DNA of 64,000 nt, from contig QKIY01000028.1 of the NCBI GenBank assembly GCA_003250975.1, positions 283,039-347,038 on the forward strand, in the 5' to 3' direction. Of the stretch, positions 10,273-19,885 are shown in pieces. Every line of letters begins with the position of its first letter. The first letter of the stretch is position 1. The notes beneath the pieces were generated by a model that was given only the letters and a program-made list of their open reading frames with translations, was not told the origin of the DNA and did not search any database. The DNA is from Gammaproteobacteria bacterium. GTDB taxonomy: Bacteria > Pseudomonadota > Gammaproteobacteria > Eutrophobiales > Eutrophobiaceae. The position numbers and the translations under genes were made by a program.

Positions 10273-11307
10273 ATGGATATCGGTGAACTGCTTGCATTTG
10301 GGGTTAAAAACGGCGCGTCTGATTTACACATAACTGCCGGCATGCCCCCGCTGATTCGTGTCGATGGGGATATCCGTCGCATAAATGTGCCCGCGCTGGA
10401 CCATAAGGATGTGCATGACATGGTCTATGACATCATGAACGATAAACAACGCAAGGATTACGAGGAATTCCTCGAGGTTGACTTTTCCTTCGAGGTCCCC
10501 AAGCTGGCGCGTTTTCGTGTCAATGCCTTTAATCAGAACCGAGGTGCAGCCGCCGTATTCCGTACTATCCCTTCCGATATCCAGAGCCTTGAGGACCTGC
10601 AGGCCCCCACCATCTTCAAGGATATCTCGGAATATCCGCGCGGCCTAGTGCTTGTGACGGGACCAACAGGTTCCGGTAAGTCAACCACCCTGGCGGCCAT
10701 GGTCAATCATAAAAATGAAACAGAATACGGTCACATCCTCACGATAGAAGACCCCATCGAGTTTGTCCATACGAGCAAGAAATGCCTGATCAATCAGCGT
10801 GAGGTCCATCGGGACACATTGGGGTTCAATGAGGCGTTGCGGTCCTCGACCCGTGAGGACCCCGATTCCATCCTGGTAGGTGAAATGCGTGACCTGGAGA
10901 CCATCCGTCTGGCGCTCACCGCGGCTGAAACCGGTCATCTTGTATTCGCGACCCTGCATACCAGTTCGGCGGCCAAGACCATAGACCGTGTGGTTGACGT
11001 ATTCCCGGCTGCGGAAAAGGATATGGTGCGTGCCATGTTGTCAGAATCCTTGCGCGCGGTCATTTCTCAGGCCCTGTTGAAAAAGAAGGGTGGTGGACGG
11101 GTAGCCGCCCATGAAATCATGATTGGTACCCCGGCCATACGTAACCTGATCCGTGAAAACAAGGTCGCCCAGATGTATTCCGCCATCCAGACCGGTCAGC
11201 AGTTCGGCATGCAGACCCTGGATCAGAACCTGCAAACACTGGTGCAAAAGGGTGTCGTCACGCGTGAAGAGGCGAGGACAAAAGCGGTCAACAAGGATAA
11301 TTTCTAG
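10273..11307 (+). CDS. pilT: Type IV pilus retraction ATPase
   Basis: Walker A GPTGSGKS, EDPIE, TLH and AIRNLIRE motifs. Confidence 0.97.
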   Translation: MDIGELLAFGVKNGASDLHITAGMPPLIRVDGDIRRINVPALDHKDVHDMVYDIMNDKQRKDYEEFLEVDFSFEVPKLARFRVNAFNQNRGAAAVFRTIPSDIQSLEDLQAPTIFKDISEYPRGLVLVTGPTGSGKSTTLAAMVNHKNETEYGHILTIEDPIEFVHTSKKCLINQREVHRDTLGFNEALRSSTREDPDSILVGEMRDLETIRLALTAAETGHLVFATLHTSSAAKTIDRVVDVFPAAEKDMVRAMLSESLRAVISQALLKKKGGGRVAAHEIMIGTPAIRNLIRENKVAQMYSAIQTGQQFGMQTLDQNLQTLVQKGVVTREEARTKAVNKDNF

Positions 11308-11340
11308 ATGGGTGAGCCAGTGCAAACAGAGGTAAGGTAA

Positions 11341-12516
11341 ATGGAAAGAGAACAGGCGATAAAATTCATGCGGGACCTTCTCAAGCTGATGGTTGAGAAG
11401 AAAGGTTCGGATTTGTTTATTACAGTTGATTTTCCACCGGCAATCAAGGTCGATGGCAAGGTCACGCCGGTGTCAAAGACCAAGTTGAGCGCAGAGAATA
11501 CCAAGTCACTCACCTATGCCATCATGAATGACAAACAATTAAAGGAATATGAAGCTACCAAGGAATGTAATTTTGCCATTAACCCCGTGGGCATCGGCCG
11601 TTTCCGTGTCAATGCCTATGTGCAAATGGGCTGTTGCGGTGTGGTCTGCCGTACCATCGAGACCAATGTGCCTACAATTGACTCACTGGGTTTGCCTCAG
11701 GTCATGAAAGAGATCTGCATGACTAAAAGAGGGCTGGTCATCATGGTGGGCGCAACGGGTTCGGGTAAATCCACTTCTCTCGCCGCGATGATCGATTACC
11801 GTAATGAGAATAGTCATGGTCATATCATTACCGTTGAGGATCCTATCGAATACGTCCATCCACACAAGAACTGTATCGTCATGCAGCGTGAGGTTGGCGT
11901 GGATACCGATGACTGGGGGATTGCCCTGAAGAACTCCCTGCGACAGGCGCCGGATGTCATACTGCTTGGTGAGATTCGTGACAGGGAAACGATGGAATTC
12001 GGAATCGCCTTTGCCGAGACGGGCCATCTGGCTATGGCCACCCTGCATGCCAACAGCTCAAACCAGGCGCTGGACCGTATTATAAATTTTTTCCCGGAAG
12101 ACCGCCGCCAGCAACTACTGATGGACCTGTCGCTTAACCTCAAGGCTGTAGTTTCCCAGCGTCTATTGAAGGCCAGGGAAGGCGCAGGGCGAGTAGCCGC
12201 GATAGAAATCATGCTGAACTCCCCGTTAATTGCGGATCTTATCCTCAAGGGCGACGTTCCCGAGATCAAGGCCATCATGGCCAAATCCAACGAGCTGGGT
12301 ATGAGAACCTTTGACCAGGCCCTGTTTGAGCTTTATGAGGCCGACAAGATTACCTATGAAGACGCCCTGCGTAACGCTGATTCAATGAATGAACTGCGCC
12401 TCAAGATCAAGCTTGAAGGCAAGGCCGCGAAAGCAAAAGACTCGCTTGAGGGACTTGATCATCTCAGCATCAAGCAAGACGAAGAAAAGGAAAAAGGCGG
12501 TATGTTAAGACGTTGA
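11341..12516 (+). CDS. pilU: Type IV pilus ATPase PilU
   Basis: GATGSGKS, LRQAPD, TLHAN and ALDRIINFFP motifs; follows pilT. Confidence 0.94.
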   Translation: MEREQAIKFMRDLLKLMVEKKGSDLFITVDFPPAIKVDGKVTPVSKTKLSAENTKSLTYAIMNDKQLKEYEATKECNFAINPVGIGRFRVNAYVQMGCCGVVCRTIETNVPTIDSLGLPQVMKEICMTKRGLVIMVGATGSGKSTSLAAMIDYRNENSHGHIITVEDPIEYVHPHKNCIVMQREVGVDTDDWGIALKNSLRQAPDVILLGEIRDRETMEFGIAFAETGHLAMATLHANSSNQALDRIINFFPEDRRQQLLMDLSLNLKAVVSQRLLKAREGAGRVAAIEIMLNSPLIADLILKGDVPEIKAIMAKSNELGMRTFDQALFELYEADKITYEDALRNADSMNELRLKIKLEGKAAKAKDSLEGLDHLSIKQDEEKEKGGMLRR

Positions 12517-12572
12517 TTTTGATCTCCCACAGATCCGGTAATACACAATAAAACAACAGGTGCCCTAGTCTA

Positions 12573-13631
12573 ATGGATATCACGCCCTATCTGAAACTGA
12601 TGGTGGAAAAAAACGCTTCAGACGTTTTTTTTACCGTGGACTCTCCGGTAAGGATCAAGATCGAAGGCCGGATCACACCTGTCGGCAAGACCGTGCTCAC
12701 ACCGGAACTCTGCCAGGCAGCGGCTTATGGCATCATGTCTGATTACCATACCAACAAGTTTGAAGAAAACCTGGAGGTTGATTTTGCCATATCATCTCAC
12801 GATGGTGCTGCTCGTTTCAGGGTAAACGTATTTCGCCAACGCGGTGAAGTGAGCATGGTGCTGCGCCTGGTCCCGATGAAAATCCCTACGCTGGAAGACT
12901 TTGGCTTGCCCGATGTATTGGGCGATCTCATCCTGCACAAGCGCGGCCTGATCCTGATGGTGGGTGCAACCGGTTCAGGTAAATCCACGACACTGGCAGC
13001 TATGTTGAACCATCGTAATGATCAGAGATCGGGTCACATACTGACGATTGAAGACCCGATTGAATTCAGTCACCCCAACAAGAAAAGTATTTTTAACCAG
13101 CGAGAAATAGGTATTGACACCTTTTCCTACCGCAATGCGCTGAGGAGTTCACTGCGTGAAGCCCCGGATGTTATCCTGATCGGCGAGATCCGGGACCGGG
13201 ATACCATGGAGGCCGCACTGGAGTTATCCAATACCGGCCACCTTGCCGTATCAACCCTGCATGCTAATAATTCCAATCAGGCCATGGAGCGCGTGATCAA
13301 CCTCTTCCCGCAACAATTGCACAAGCAGCTGTTTATGGATCTGGCGTTGAATATCCGGGCCGTCATCTCGCAACGCCTGGTAACCGGTTTAGACAGTAAG
13401 CGTTGTGCCGCCATAGAGATCATGATCAACACGCCCCATATCGCCGACCTGATCCTGAAAGGTGATCTGGACGAGATCAAGATTGCCATGTCCGAGAGCG
13501 GCGCCAGCGGGATGCAAACCTTTGATATGGCACTCTTTAACCTTTACAAGGACGGGCGTATTGATCTTGAAGAGGCACTTAATAATGCCGATTCCAGAAC
13601 AAATCTGGAGGCCAAGATCAATTTCGGTTAA
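12573..13631 (+). CDS. Second PilU-like type IV pilus ATPase
   Basis: GATGSGKS, LREAPD, TLHANN and GMQTFD motifs. Confidence 0.9.
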   Translation: MDITPYLKLMVEKNASDVFFTVDSPVRIKIEGRITPVGKTVLTPELCQAAAYGIMSDYHTNKFEENLEVDFAISSHDGAARFRVNVFRQRGEVSMVLRLVPMKIPTLEDFGLPDVLGDLILHKRGLILMVGATGSGKSTTLAAMLNHRNDQRSGHILTIEDPIEFSHPNKKSIFNQREIGIDTFSYRNALRSSLREAPDVILIGEIRDRDTMEAALELSNTGHLAVSTLHANNSNQAMERVINLFPQQLHKQLFMDLALNIRAVISQRLVTGLDSKRCAAIEIMINTPHIADLILKGDLDEIKIAMSESGASGMQTFDMALFNLYKDGRIDLEEALNNADSRTNLEAKINFG

Positions 13632-13721
13632 TGTGTCTGCCTTTGTTGTGTTGTAAGCTTCAGTAATAAAGGTCAGCTATTCCGCAGCTGCCAGATAAGG
13701 TGTGAGCCAATTGATAACGGA

Positions 13722-14123
13722 TTGAACATCCCCCCGATGAGACAGTACGAACGCCACTATGCAGGCATTCCCGTGAGGATTATCCATGCCGGTAAGAAAT
13801 ATAATTTCATTATCGAGAACGTGAGTCTTGGCGGGATGGCGTGTAAGGGCGAGCATGAAATTGAAGTGGGGGATGAGGTTGAATTGCAGATAACCTTGTT
13901 GAACCCTATCTATCTCTGCAAGGGCAAGGTTGTCTGGTGTAAGGAGGCGGGAGATTACTTTGAATTGGGGATCGAACACCTGGGCCCCAAGGACAAGGCG
14001 CGGCTGGATATGGTGGAACAGGTTAGTCATATTGAACATTATCGTGCCGACATCAAGGCGGCAGAGGGTAGAGAACTGACAGGCGAGCAGGCTGCCCGTG
14101 AATGGATAGCCAAACATACCTGA
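13722..14123 (+). CDS. PilZ domain protein
   Basis: RxxxR (RQYER) and NxSxGG (NVSLGG) c-di-GMP motifs; start may be ATG 13737. Confidence 0.85.
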   Translation: MNIPPMRQYERHYAGIPVRIIHAGKKYNFIIENVSLGGMACKGEHEIEVGDEVELQITLLNPIYLCKGKVVWCKEAGDYFELGIEHLGPKDKARLDMVEQVSHIEHYRADIKAAEGRELTGEQAAREWIAKHT

Positions 14124-14152
14124 GACTTGTTTGGTGCTTGTCTGGAATAAAG

Positions 14153-14179
14153 AAAAAGGGGCCTTTGGCCCCTTTTTTT
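14153..14179. terminator. Bidirectional intrinsic terminator between pilZ and pqqA
   Basis: AAAAAGGGGCC-TTT-GGCCCCTTTTTTT: perfect hairpin with A and T tails. Confidence 0.9.
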
Positions 14180-14197
14180 ACGAATTGAATATCGTGA

Positions 14198-14272
14198 TTA
14201 CTTATTGTTGATATACATGGTCACTTCAAAACCGAAGCGGATGTCGCTGTATTCAGGTGTTTGCCAGCTCAT
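14198..14272 (-). CDS. pqqA: Pyrroloquinoline quinone precursor peptide, MSWQTPEYSDIRFGFEVTMYINNK
   Basis: Hand translation of the minus strand; W..P.Y.D.R.GFEVTMY with the ExxxY core; AGGAG RBS upstream; too short for the ORF track. Confidence 0.95.
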   Translation of the reverse strand: MSWQTPEYSDIRFGFEVTMYINNK

Positions 14273-14329
14273 GATCATTCTCCTATGTTGAGTTGATTTG
14301 TTCGTCACAGTCTTGACGTCATTAATTAA

Positions 14330-14346
14330 AGCAGTTCCCGTGCCAG
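14330..14346 (-). promoter_or_regulatory. Sigma54 (-24/-12) promoter upstream of pqqA
   Basis: Minus strand reads CTGGCACGGGAACTGCT, giving GG-N10-GC; IHF-like AAACAATAAGTTA at 14385-14397. Confidence 0.7.
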
Positions 14347-14453
14347 ATCAGGGGCGCGTCAGGAAATATTTTATACTTCAATAAAAACAATAAGTTATTT
14401 AAGCAAGAGGATGGGTGGTTAGTGGGCTGGGAATCCGCAGGTGCACGAAGTGG

Positions 14454-15179
14454 TTATTCTGAAACACCCGCCTGGTTGTAATTAGCCAGGGGGTGGTTCT
14501 TCCCGAGGTTGGATTTGACCGTGACCCGGCACCGGAACAGCTTGTGACCACTGAGATGGTATTTGCGCTCGAAGGGGCTGAGAGGTTGGTCTGGCCGGTA
14601 GGGTTCGGGCCGGATCGCATGCCCGGTAAGCTGGCTGGCCATATGGGCAAATTCCTCCGCGTAAATAGCCCAGTTGCAACGCATTTCAAGGCCGTCGGCC
14701 AGCGCAAGCAGATCAGAAAATACCGGGTGGGCGTGCCAGCGCCGCTTGACCTGGCCGGGCTTGGGCCAGGGATTCGGATACAATAAATACTGATACACGA
14801 CCGGCCAGCCGGCTTCTCTCAGCTGGCGCCAGAAATCGACCAGATTGGTGCGTATAAAAACAGTGTTGTCCCTGTGGGCAATGTCATTCCTCATTTGTTG
14901 GCGCCGTAACCTAGCGGCGGATTTATCTGCACCGATGACCAAGCAGTCGAGATACATCGCCGCCAGCCTCAGTGTGCTTTCCCCGGTGCCGCAGCCCGCG
15001 TCAACGACCAACGGGACGCCGGCCCGGCTGACAATCTTGTCCAGATGATCAAAGGCGCGCCTGCTGTATTCACGAATCGGCTGGCGGTAGGGGTTTCCCC
15101 AATAACGTTTGTTGAAATACAGCAGTCCCGGGTGGGCTGCGATCTGGGTGCTATCGATCGTGCGAGACGGGGGCTGCAT
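14454..15179 (-). CDS. TrmB-like SAM-dependent methyltransferase
   Basis: DAGCGTGEST; LLYPNPWPK..KRRWH; SPFERKY. Confidence 0.8.
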   Translation of the reverse strand: MQPPSRTIDSTQIAAHPGLLYFNKRYWGNPYRQPIREYSRRAFDHLDKIVSRAGVPLVVDAGCGTGESTLRLAAMYLDCLVIGADKSAARLRRQQMRNDIAHRDNTVFIRTNLVDFWRQLREAGWPVVYQYLLYPNPWPKPGQVKRRWHAHPVFSDLLALADGLEMRCNWAIYAEEFAHMASQLTGHAIRPEPYRPDQPLSPFERKYHLSGHKLFRCRVTVKSNLGKNHPLANYNQAGVSE

Positions 15180-15184
15180 CCGGT

Positions 15185-16069
15185 TCAGGTAGCCGGAAAG
15201 ATGCTGGCTGCATCGAAAACCGGGCCGTCAACACAGACGCGTTTCATGGCAGGCCCTTCCGGTGTGTGAACCTCAATCGCGCAACCGGCACAGCCGCCGA
15301 CCCCACAGGCCATGTATTCTTCCACCGAGACCTGACAGGCGAGGGCGTAATCCTGCGCCAGCCGACTGACAGCGCGCAGCATGGGCATGGGACCGCAGGA
15401 AAATATCTCCACTTCCTGGCGGACATCTGCAGGTAATGCCTCCAGCCAGTAACGGGCAAGGTCGGTGACAAACCCCGGGTAACAGCCCGGGTAGCCTTGC
15501 AGACTGCAGAGACGGCTGGGTATGTCCCAGTCTTCAAGGAGCGGCATGGCGGCTATGGTCCCTTCGGGCATGCCCTGGACCATGATTCGGGAGGGACGCA
15601 TGGTGAAAGGGAACGGGATCTCCGAGCCCATGATGACGAGCGGCGACACGCCCTTGCCGAAACGCCTCAGGTGATCTGACAGAAATACCATGGGAGGAAT
15701 GCCGACTCCACCACCGATCAAGAGGGGAAATTTTTTATAACCATCCCGTTTGAAGGGGACGCCTATGGGGCCAAGCAAGGGCAGGCATTCGCCGGGCTTG
15801 CGTAATGCCAGCTTGCCAGTCCCCTCACCGTGCAATTTGTATAGGATCTCGATCCAGCCGCCATTCGGGTCTGCCCGCATTATCGACATCGGCCTGCGCA
15901 TAGGCAGGTCCGGATGGCACTGGAGGTGGACAAATGCCCCGGGACTGGCATGCGCTGCAGTCTCGTGCGCCAAGAGCCGCATTACAAACTGGCTGGCCGG
16001 CAAGGCCTTGTGCTCAAGGATCTCGGCGTCTTCGGAAAAGATCGTGTTACGTGTATCAGGGTGTTGCAT
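15185..16069 (-). CDS. pyrK: Dihydroorotate dehydrogenase electron transfer subunit
   Basis: RRPMS, GGGVGIPP, CGPMPM and the [2Fe-2S] motif CGVGGCAGC...VCVDGPVF. Confidence 0.88.
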   Translation of the reverse strand: MQHPDTRNTIFSEDAEILEHKALPASQFVMRLLAHETAAHASPGAFVHLQCHPDLPMRRPMSIMRADPNGGWIEILYKLHGEGTGKLALRKPGECLPLLGPIGVPFKRDGYKKFPLLIGGGVGIPPMVFLSDHLRRFGKGVSPLVIMGSEIPFPFTMRPSRIMVQGMPEGTIAAMPLLEDWDIPSRLCSLQGYPGCYPGFVTDLARYWLEALPADVRQEVEIFSCGPMPMLRAVSRLAQDYALACQVSVEEYMACGVGGCAGCAIEVHTPEGPAMKRVCVDGPVFDAASIFPAT

Positions 16070-17351
16070 GATCAGTGTCAGCTGGGTAGACAGGCAATCC
16101 GCCGAGCAGGGTCTGGGTTACCTTGCCGTGCATCTCCCAGCCTAGGAAGGGATTGTTCTTGCCGGTACTGACCAACTGATCTTCGGTGACAGTCCAGGGC
16201 GCATCAGGATCCACAATACAGAGATCCGCAACCGCGCCTACACCCAGCTGCCCGGCCTCCAGTCCCGCAATGGCCGCCGGTCTGGCGGTCAGGGCCTCGA
16301 TTATCCCGGGCAACTCCATCACCCCATCACGGGCCAGTTGCAATGCCAGCGGCAGTACTACATCGATGGTGGATGCGCCGGGTTCCGACTGGCTGAAGGG
16401 GACTGCCTTGGCATCAGCATTATGGGGTTGATGATCCGAGCAAATGGCATCGATCACGCCGCCAGCCAGTGCCTTGCGCAGAGCTTCGCGGTCAGTGTCA
16501 CTGCGTAAGGGCGGGCACAAGTGGCAGTTATTATTAAAACCGGCCAGGTCGACCTCGGACAGGAAAAGGTGGCTGATTCCTGTGTCGGCACTTACCGGAA
16601 GTCCCCGCTGTTTCGCATCGGCGATCATGGGCAGGCTCTGGGCAGATGATACGCGGCAGAAATGCACCCGGCATGGTGTTTGTTCTATAAGCTGTAAAAC
16701 GCGGCTAATCGCTATACTCTCGGCGGTCCCCGGTATGCCCGGTAATCCCATACGGACGCTCATAATCCCCTCGTGGACCACCCCGTCATCGCGCAGACTC
16801 GCATCTTCACAGAACAGATGCACGGTGATGTCGCAGGAACTGGCATAGTCCAAGGCCCTCCGCAGCACGGCGGTGTTGGCGACAGGCAGGAGGCCGTTAC
16901 TCACACCAATACAACCAGCCTGTTTCAAGGCATGCATATTGGCGAGAGTTTCCCCCTGCAGACCATGGGTCAGGGCGCCCAAGCAATAAACCCTTGCATT
17001 GCCCCTGTCCAGGGCCCTCTGGTGGATAAGCTCCACCACGGCGGAACTGTCGATCACGGGCCGGGTATCCGGCGGACAACAGACGGATGTTATTCCGCCA
17101 CAGGCTGCAGCGTGTGTCTCTGAGGTAATAGTAGCCTTGTGTTCATTACCGGGTTCACGCAATCTTGCCGACAGGTCCACCAGCCCGGGTAATACCAGCC
17201 TGCCGCTGGCATCTATAGTGTGATCGGCCTTGAATCCCCTGGGAGACTTTCCAAGTGAGGCGATCTTTCCGTCGCTGATAAATACATCCGTGACCTTATC
17301 GACTTGGTTGGCGGGATCAATCAGGTGGCCTTGTTTAATCTGGATCTGCAT
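16056..17351 (-). CDS. Dihydroorotase-like subunit (PyrC', probably inactive)
   Basis: Amidohydrolase motifs (REPG, PPLR, SDHQPH), but DLSARL replaces DxHxH; follows pyrB. Confidence 0.88.
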   Translation of the reverse strand: MQIQIKQGHLIDPANQVDKVTDVFISDGKIASLGKSPRGFKADHTIDASGRLVLPGLVDLSARLREPGNEHKATITSETHAAACGGITSVCCPPDTRPVIDSSAVVELIHQRALDRGNARVYCLGALTHGLQGETLANMHALKQAGCIGVSNGLLPVANTAVLRRALDYASSCDITVHLFCEDASLRDDGVVHEGIMSVRMGLPGIPGTAESIAISRVLQLIEQTPCRVHFCRVSSAQSLPMIADAKQRGLPVSADTGISHLFLSEVDLAGFNNNCHLCPPLRSDTDREALRKALAGGVIDAICSDHQPHNADAKAVPFSQSEPGASTIDVVLPLALQLARDGVMELPGIIEALTARPAAIAGLEAGQLGVGAVADLCIVDPDAPWTVTEDQLVSTGKNNPFLGWEMHGKVTQTLLGGLPVYPADTDHATP

Positions 17352-18330
17352 GGCCGCCCTCCGGTTGTATTCCGGACTGACTCTGCATGGTCATGGCCAT
17401 CACGGCCATCCTTATGGCGATACCATGACTAACCTGCTGCAAGATGACGGATTGCCGACTGTCCGCCACCCTTGAGTCGATTTCGATGCCGCGGTTGATA
17501 GGTCCGGGATGCATAACAATGGCGTCTGGTTTGGCAAGAGCGAGTTTTTCTTCCGTGAGGCCATAGAGTCTGAAATATTCTGACTCACTGGGTAACAGTG
17601 CACTGCGCATCCGTTCCTGCTGCAGGCGTAGCACCACGATCACGTCCACGTCTTTCAATCCAGCATTCATATCATGGAAAATATGAACTCCCATTGTTTC
17701 AATGTGCCACGGGATCAGGGTCCTCGGTCCGATGACCCTGATCTCGCTCGCACCGAGTATGGAAAGGGCGTGGATCTCGGAACGCGCAACCCGTGAATGA
17801 AGTATGTCGCCAACGATGGCCACCCGTAGTTTGCTAAAGTCGGGTTTATGTTTCCTGATTGTAAACATGTCCAGCATGGCCTGGGTAGGATGGGCATGAC
17901 GACCGTCGCCGCCGTTAATAACACTGATATTGGGCGCAACGTGAGATGCGATAAAGTGAGCTGCACCGCTGTTAGCATGGCGGACGATAAACATATCGCA
18001 GTGCATGGCCTCAAGTGTATGGAGGGTGTCCAGTAATGATTCACCCTTCTTCGTGGCGGAATTGGAGATGTTCAGGCTTAGGATGTCTGCAGAGAGCCGT
18101 TTAGCTGCCAGTTCAAAGGTCGTACGAGTACGGGTGCTGGGTTCGAAGAAGAGATTTGCGACAGTCTTGCCACGTAATATTGGGACCTTTTTTACAGCCC
18201 GGGCACCGACCCCGGAAAAGGTCTCAGCGGTTTCGAGAATATTGAGTAAGAGGGAACGTTCAAGACCTTCAATAGTGAGAAAATGCTTCAGATGACCATT
18301 GTCGTCGAGTTGAATATTAGAGTCATTCAT
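17335..18330 (-). CDS. pyrB: Aspartate carbamoyltransferase catalytic subunit
   Basis: [20 protein letters not shown] and MHPGPINRG motifs. Confidence 0.97.
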   Translation of the reverse strand: MNDSNIQLDDNGHLKHFLTIEGLERSLLLNILETAETFSGVGARAVKKVPILRGKTVANLFFEPSTRTRTTFELAAKRLSADILSLNISNSATKKGESLLDTLHTLEAMHCDMFIVRHANSGAAHFIASHVAPNISVINGGDGRHAHPTQAMLDMFTIRKHKPDFSKLRVAIVGDILHSRVARSEIHALSILGASEIRVIGPRTLIPWHIETMGVHIFHDMNAGLKDVDVIVVLRLQQERMRSALLPSESEYFRLYGLTEEKLALAKPDAIVMHPGPINRGIEIDSRVADSRQSVILQQVSHGIAIRMAVMAMTMQSQSGIQPEGGHADPD

Positions 18331-18824
18331 TCCGCAGTTTTTAATTCCAGTGCCAAGGGCTCTGGGCCGGAGAGTTTAACATGTTCATCCGGTTTTAGTG
18401 ATAATCTTTTTCCTGTGACATCGGCCGCAACAGGCAATTCACGGCCACCCCGATCGATCAGTACCGCGAGGATAACCCGTTTGGGCCTGCCGTAATCAAA
18501 GATTTCATTCAGCGCGGCACGCACGGTCCTGCCGGTATGCAGGACATCATCGACCAGGATGATCTCCCGGTCCTCAATCTCAAGGGGCAGATTGGACGGC
18601 TTGACCCGCGGGTGCAGGCCGATCCGGCTGAAATCATCACGATAAAAGGTAATATTGAGTTGGCCCAGCAGTGTCTCAATCCCCATCAATTCATGCAGTC
18701 GCTCGGCGATCCAGAAGCCGCCCGAATGGATGCCTATCATAATGGCATCAGGGCCAACCACCTCCCTGAGTTCACCGGACATAGCGGCAAGGCAGGCGTC
18801 AATATCAATATCCAGTTTCTTCAC
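18327..18824 (-). CDS. pyrR: Pyrimidine operon regulator/UPRTase
   Basis: [17 protein letters not shown] and DRGGRELP motifs. Confidence 0.95.
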   Translation of the reverse strand: MKKLDIDIDACLAAMSGELREVVGPDAIMIGIHSGGFWIAERLHELMGIETLLGQLNITFYRDDFSRIGLHPRVKPSNLPLEIEDREIILVDDVLHTGRTVRAALNEIFDYGRPKRVILAVLIDRGGRELPVAADVTGKRLSLKPDEHVKLSGPEPLALELKTAE

Positions 18825-18859
18825 TTAATCCTGTCTCTCATGAAACATGTGCTGTGTAA

Positions 18860-19255
18860 TTATTTGTTCTCGGATAACCAGGTTTCCAGTATTGTCTGGG
18901 CCGCGATGGAGTCAAGTCTCTTGTCACCTTTTGTCCTAAGTCGCGCCTCAAAGGTTGAAAGCCGTTCATCCATACCGAAGACAGGCAGTTTGAAGCGCCC
19001 TTCAAGTTGCCGTGCAAACCTGGCGGCTGCAGCAGTAATTGCTTGCGAACCGCCATTCATATTTATCGGGATCCCCACGATCAGCGCATCGGGACGCCAT
19101 TCCTTAATGAGCTGATTGATCCTCTGCCAGTCTGGCCGGTTTCTGTGACAGAGGACTATTTCAAGGGGAGTCGCTGTCCCGGTCAGGGCTTGGCCAACTG
19201 CTGTACCGATCCGTTTACTGCCGTAGTCAAAACACAGCAGGGTTTTATATTTCAC
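18860..19255 (-). CDS. ruvX: YqgF/RuvX nuclease (pre-16S rRNA processing)
   Basis: FDYGSKRIGTAVG, DERLST and DSIAA motifs. Confidence 0.93.
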   Translation of the reverse strand: MKYKTLLCFDYGSKRIGTAVGQALTGTATPLEIVLCHRNRPDWQRINQLIKEWRPDALIVGIPINMNGGSQAITAAAARFARQLEGRFKLPVFGMDERLSTFEARLRTKGDKRLDSIAAQTILETWLSENK

Positions 19256-19812
19256 GCATGCCCGATGTTAGTTGATAATTTGCTCAGGTCGACCCCTGCT
19301 AAGGCGGCTGCTTCAGTCCAGCGATTTTCTATGGGTGTATTGAAAATTATACTGTTGTCAGCCGGCGCGCTCAGCCAAGCATTGTCCTGCATCTCTTTTT
19401 CAAGCTGGCCAGCGCCCCAACCCGCATAGCCCAGTGCGATCAGGGTCTTTTCAGGGCCCTTGCCTTCGGCAATGGCTGCCAGAATATCCCTAGAGGTGGC
19501 AATGCCGATGTCACGGCTGATCTCGATGCAATGATCCCATTTTTGTATAGGATGGTGCAGTACAAAACCGCGATCGGTCTGGACCGGCCCTCCCTGGTAA
19601 ACCGGCATCTGACCGATTTGCTGATCCTGGGTGCTCATCGACATTTGTTGCAGCACATCATCCAGCGAGAGTTCCAAGGGGCGATTGATGACAATACCCA
19701 TGGCCCCGTCCTCATTATGTGCGCAGATGTAGGCGACTGAATGGTAAAAGTAGGGGTCTGCCAGACCAGGCATGGCAATCAAAAACTGGTTGGTAAGACA
19801 CATTGATTGCAT
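19252..19812 (-). CDS. yqgE: YqgE/AlgH family protein
   Basis: FLIAMP, GGPVQTDRGFVLH and GYAGWGAGQLE motifs. Confidence 0.95.
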   Translation of the reverse strand: MQSMCLTNQFLIAMPGLADPYFYHSVAYICAHNEDGAMGIVINRPLELSLDDVLQQMSMSTQDQQIGQMPVYQGGPVQTDRGFVLHHPIQKWDHCIEISRDIGIATSRDILAAIAEGKGPEKTLIALGYAGWGAGQLEKEMQDNAWLSAPADNSIIFNTPIENRWTEAAALAGVDLSKLSTNIGHA

Positions 19813-19885
19813 AATTTATAAGTATCTAATCAATTTCCATGAACTACAAGTAAAGACTGTATGGAACTGGACAGGTTCCGCTTTT

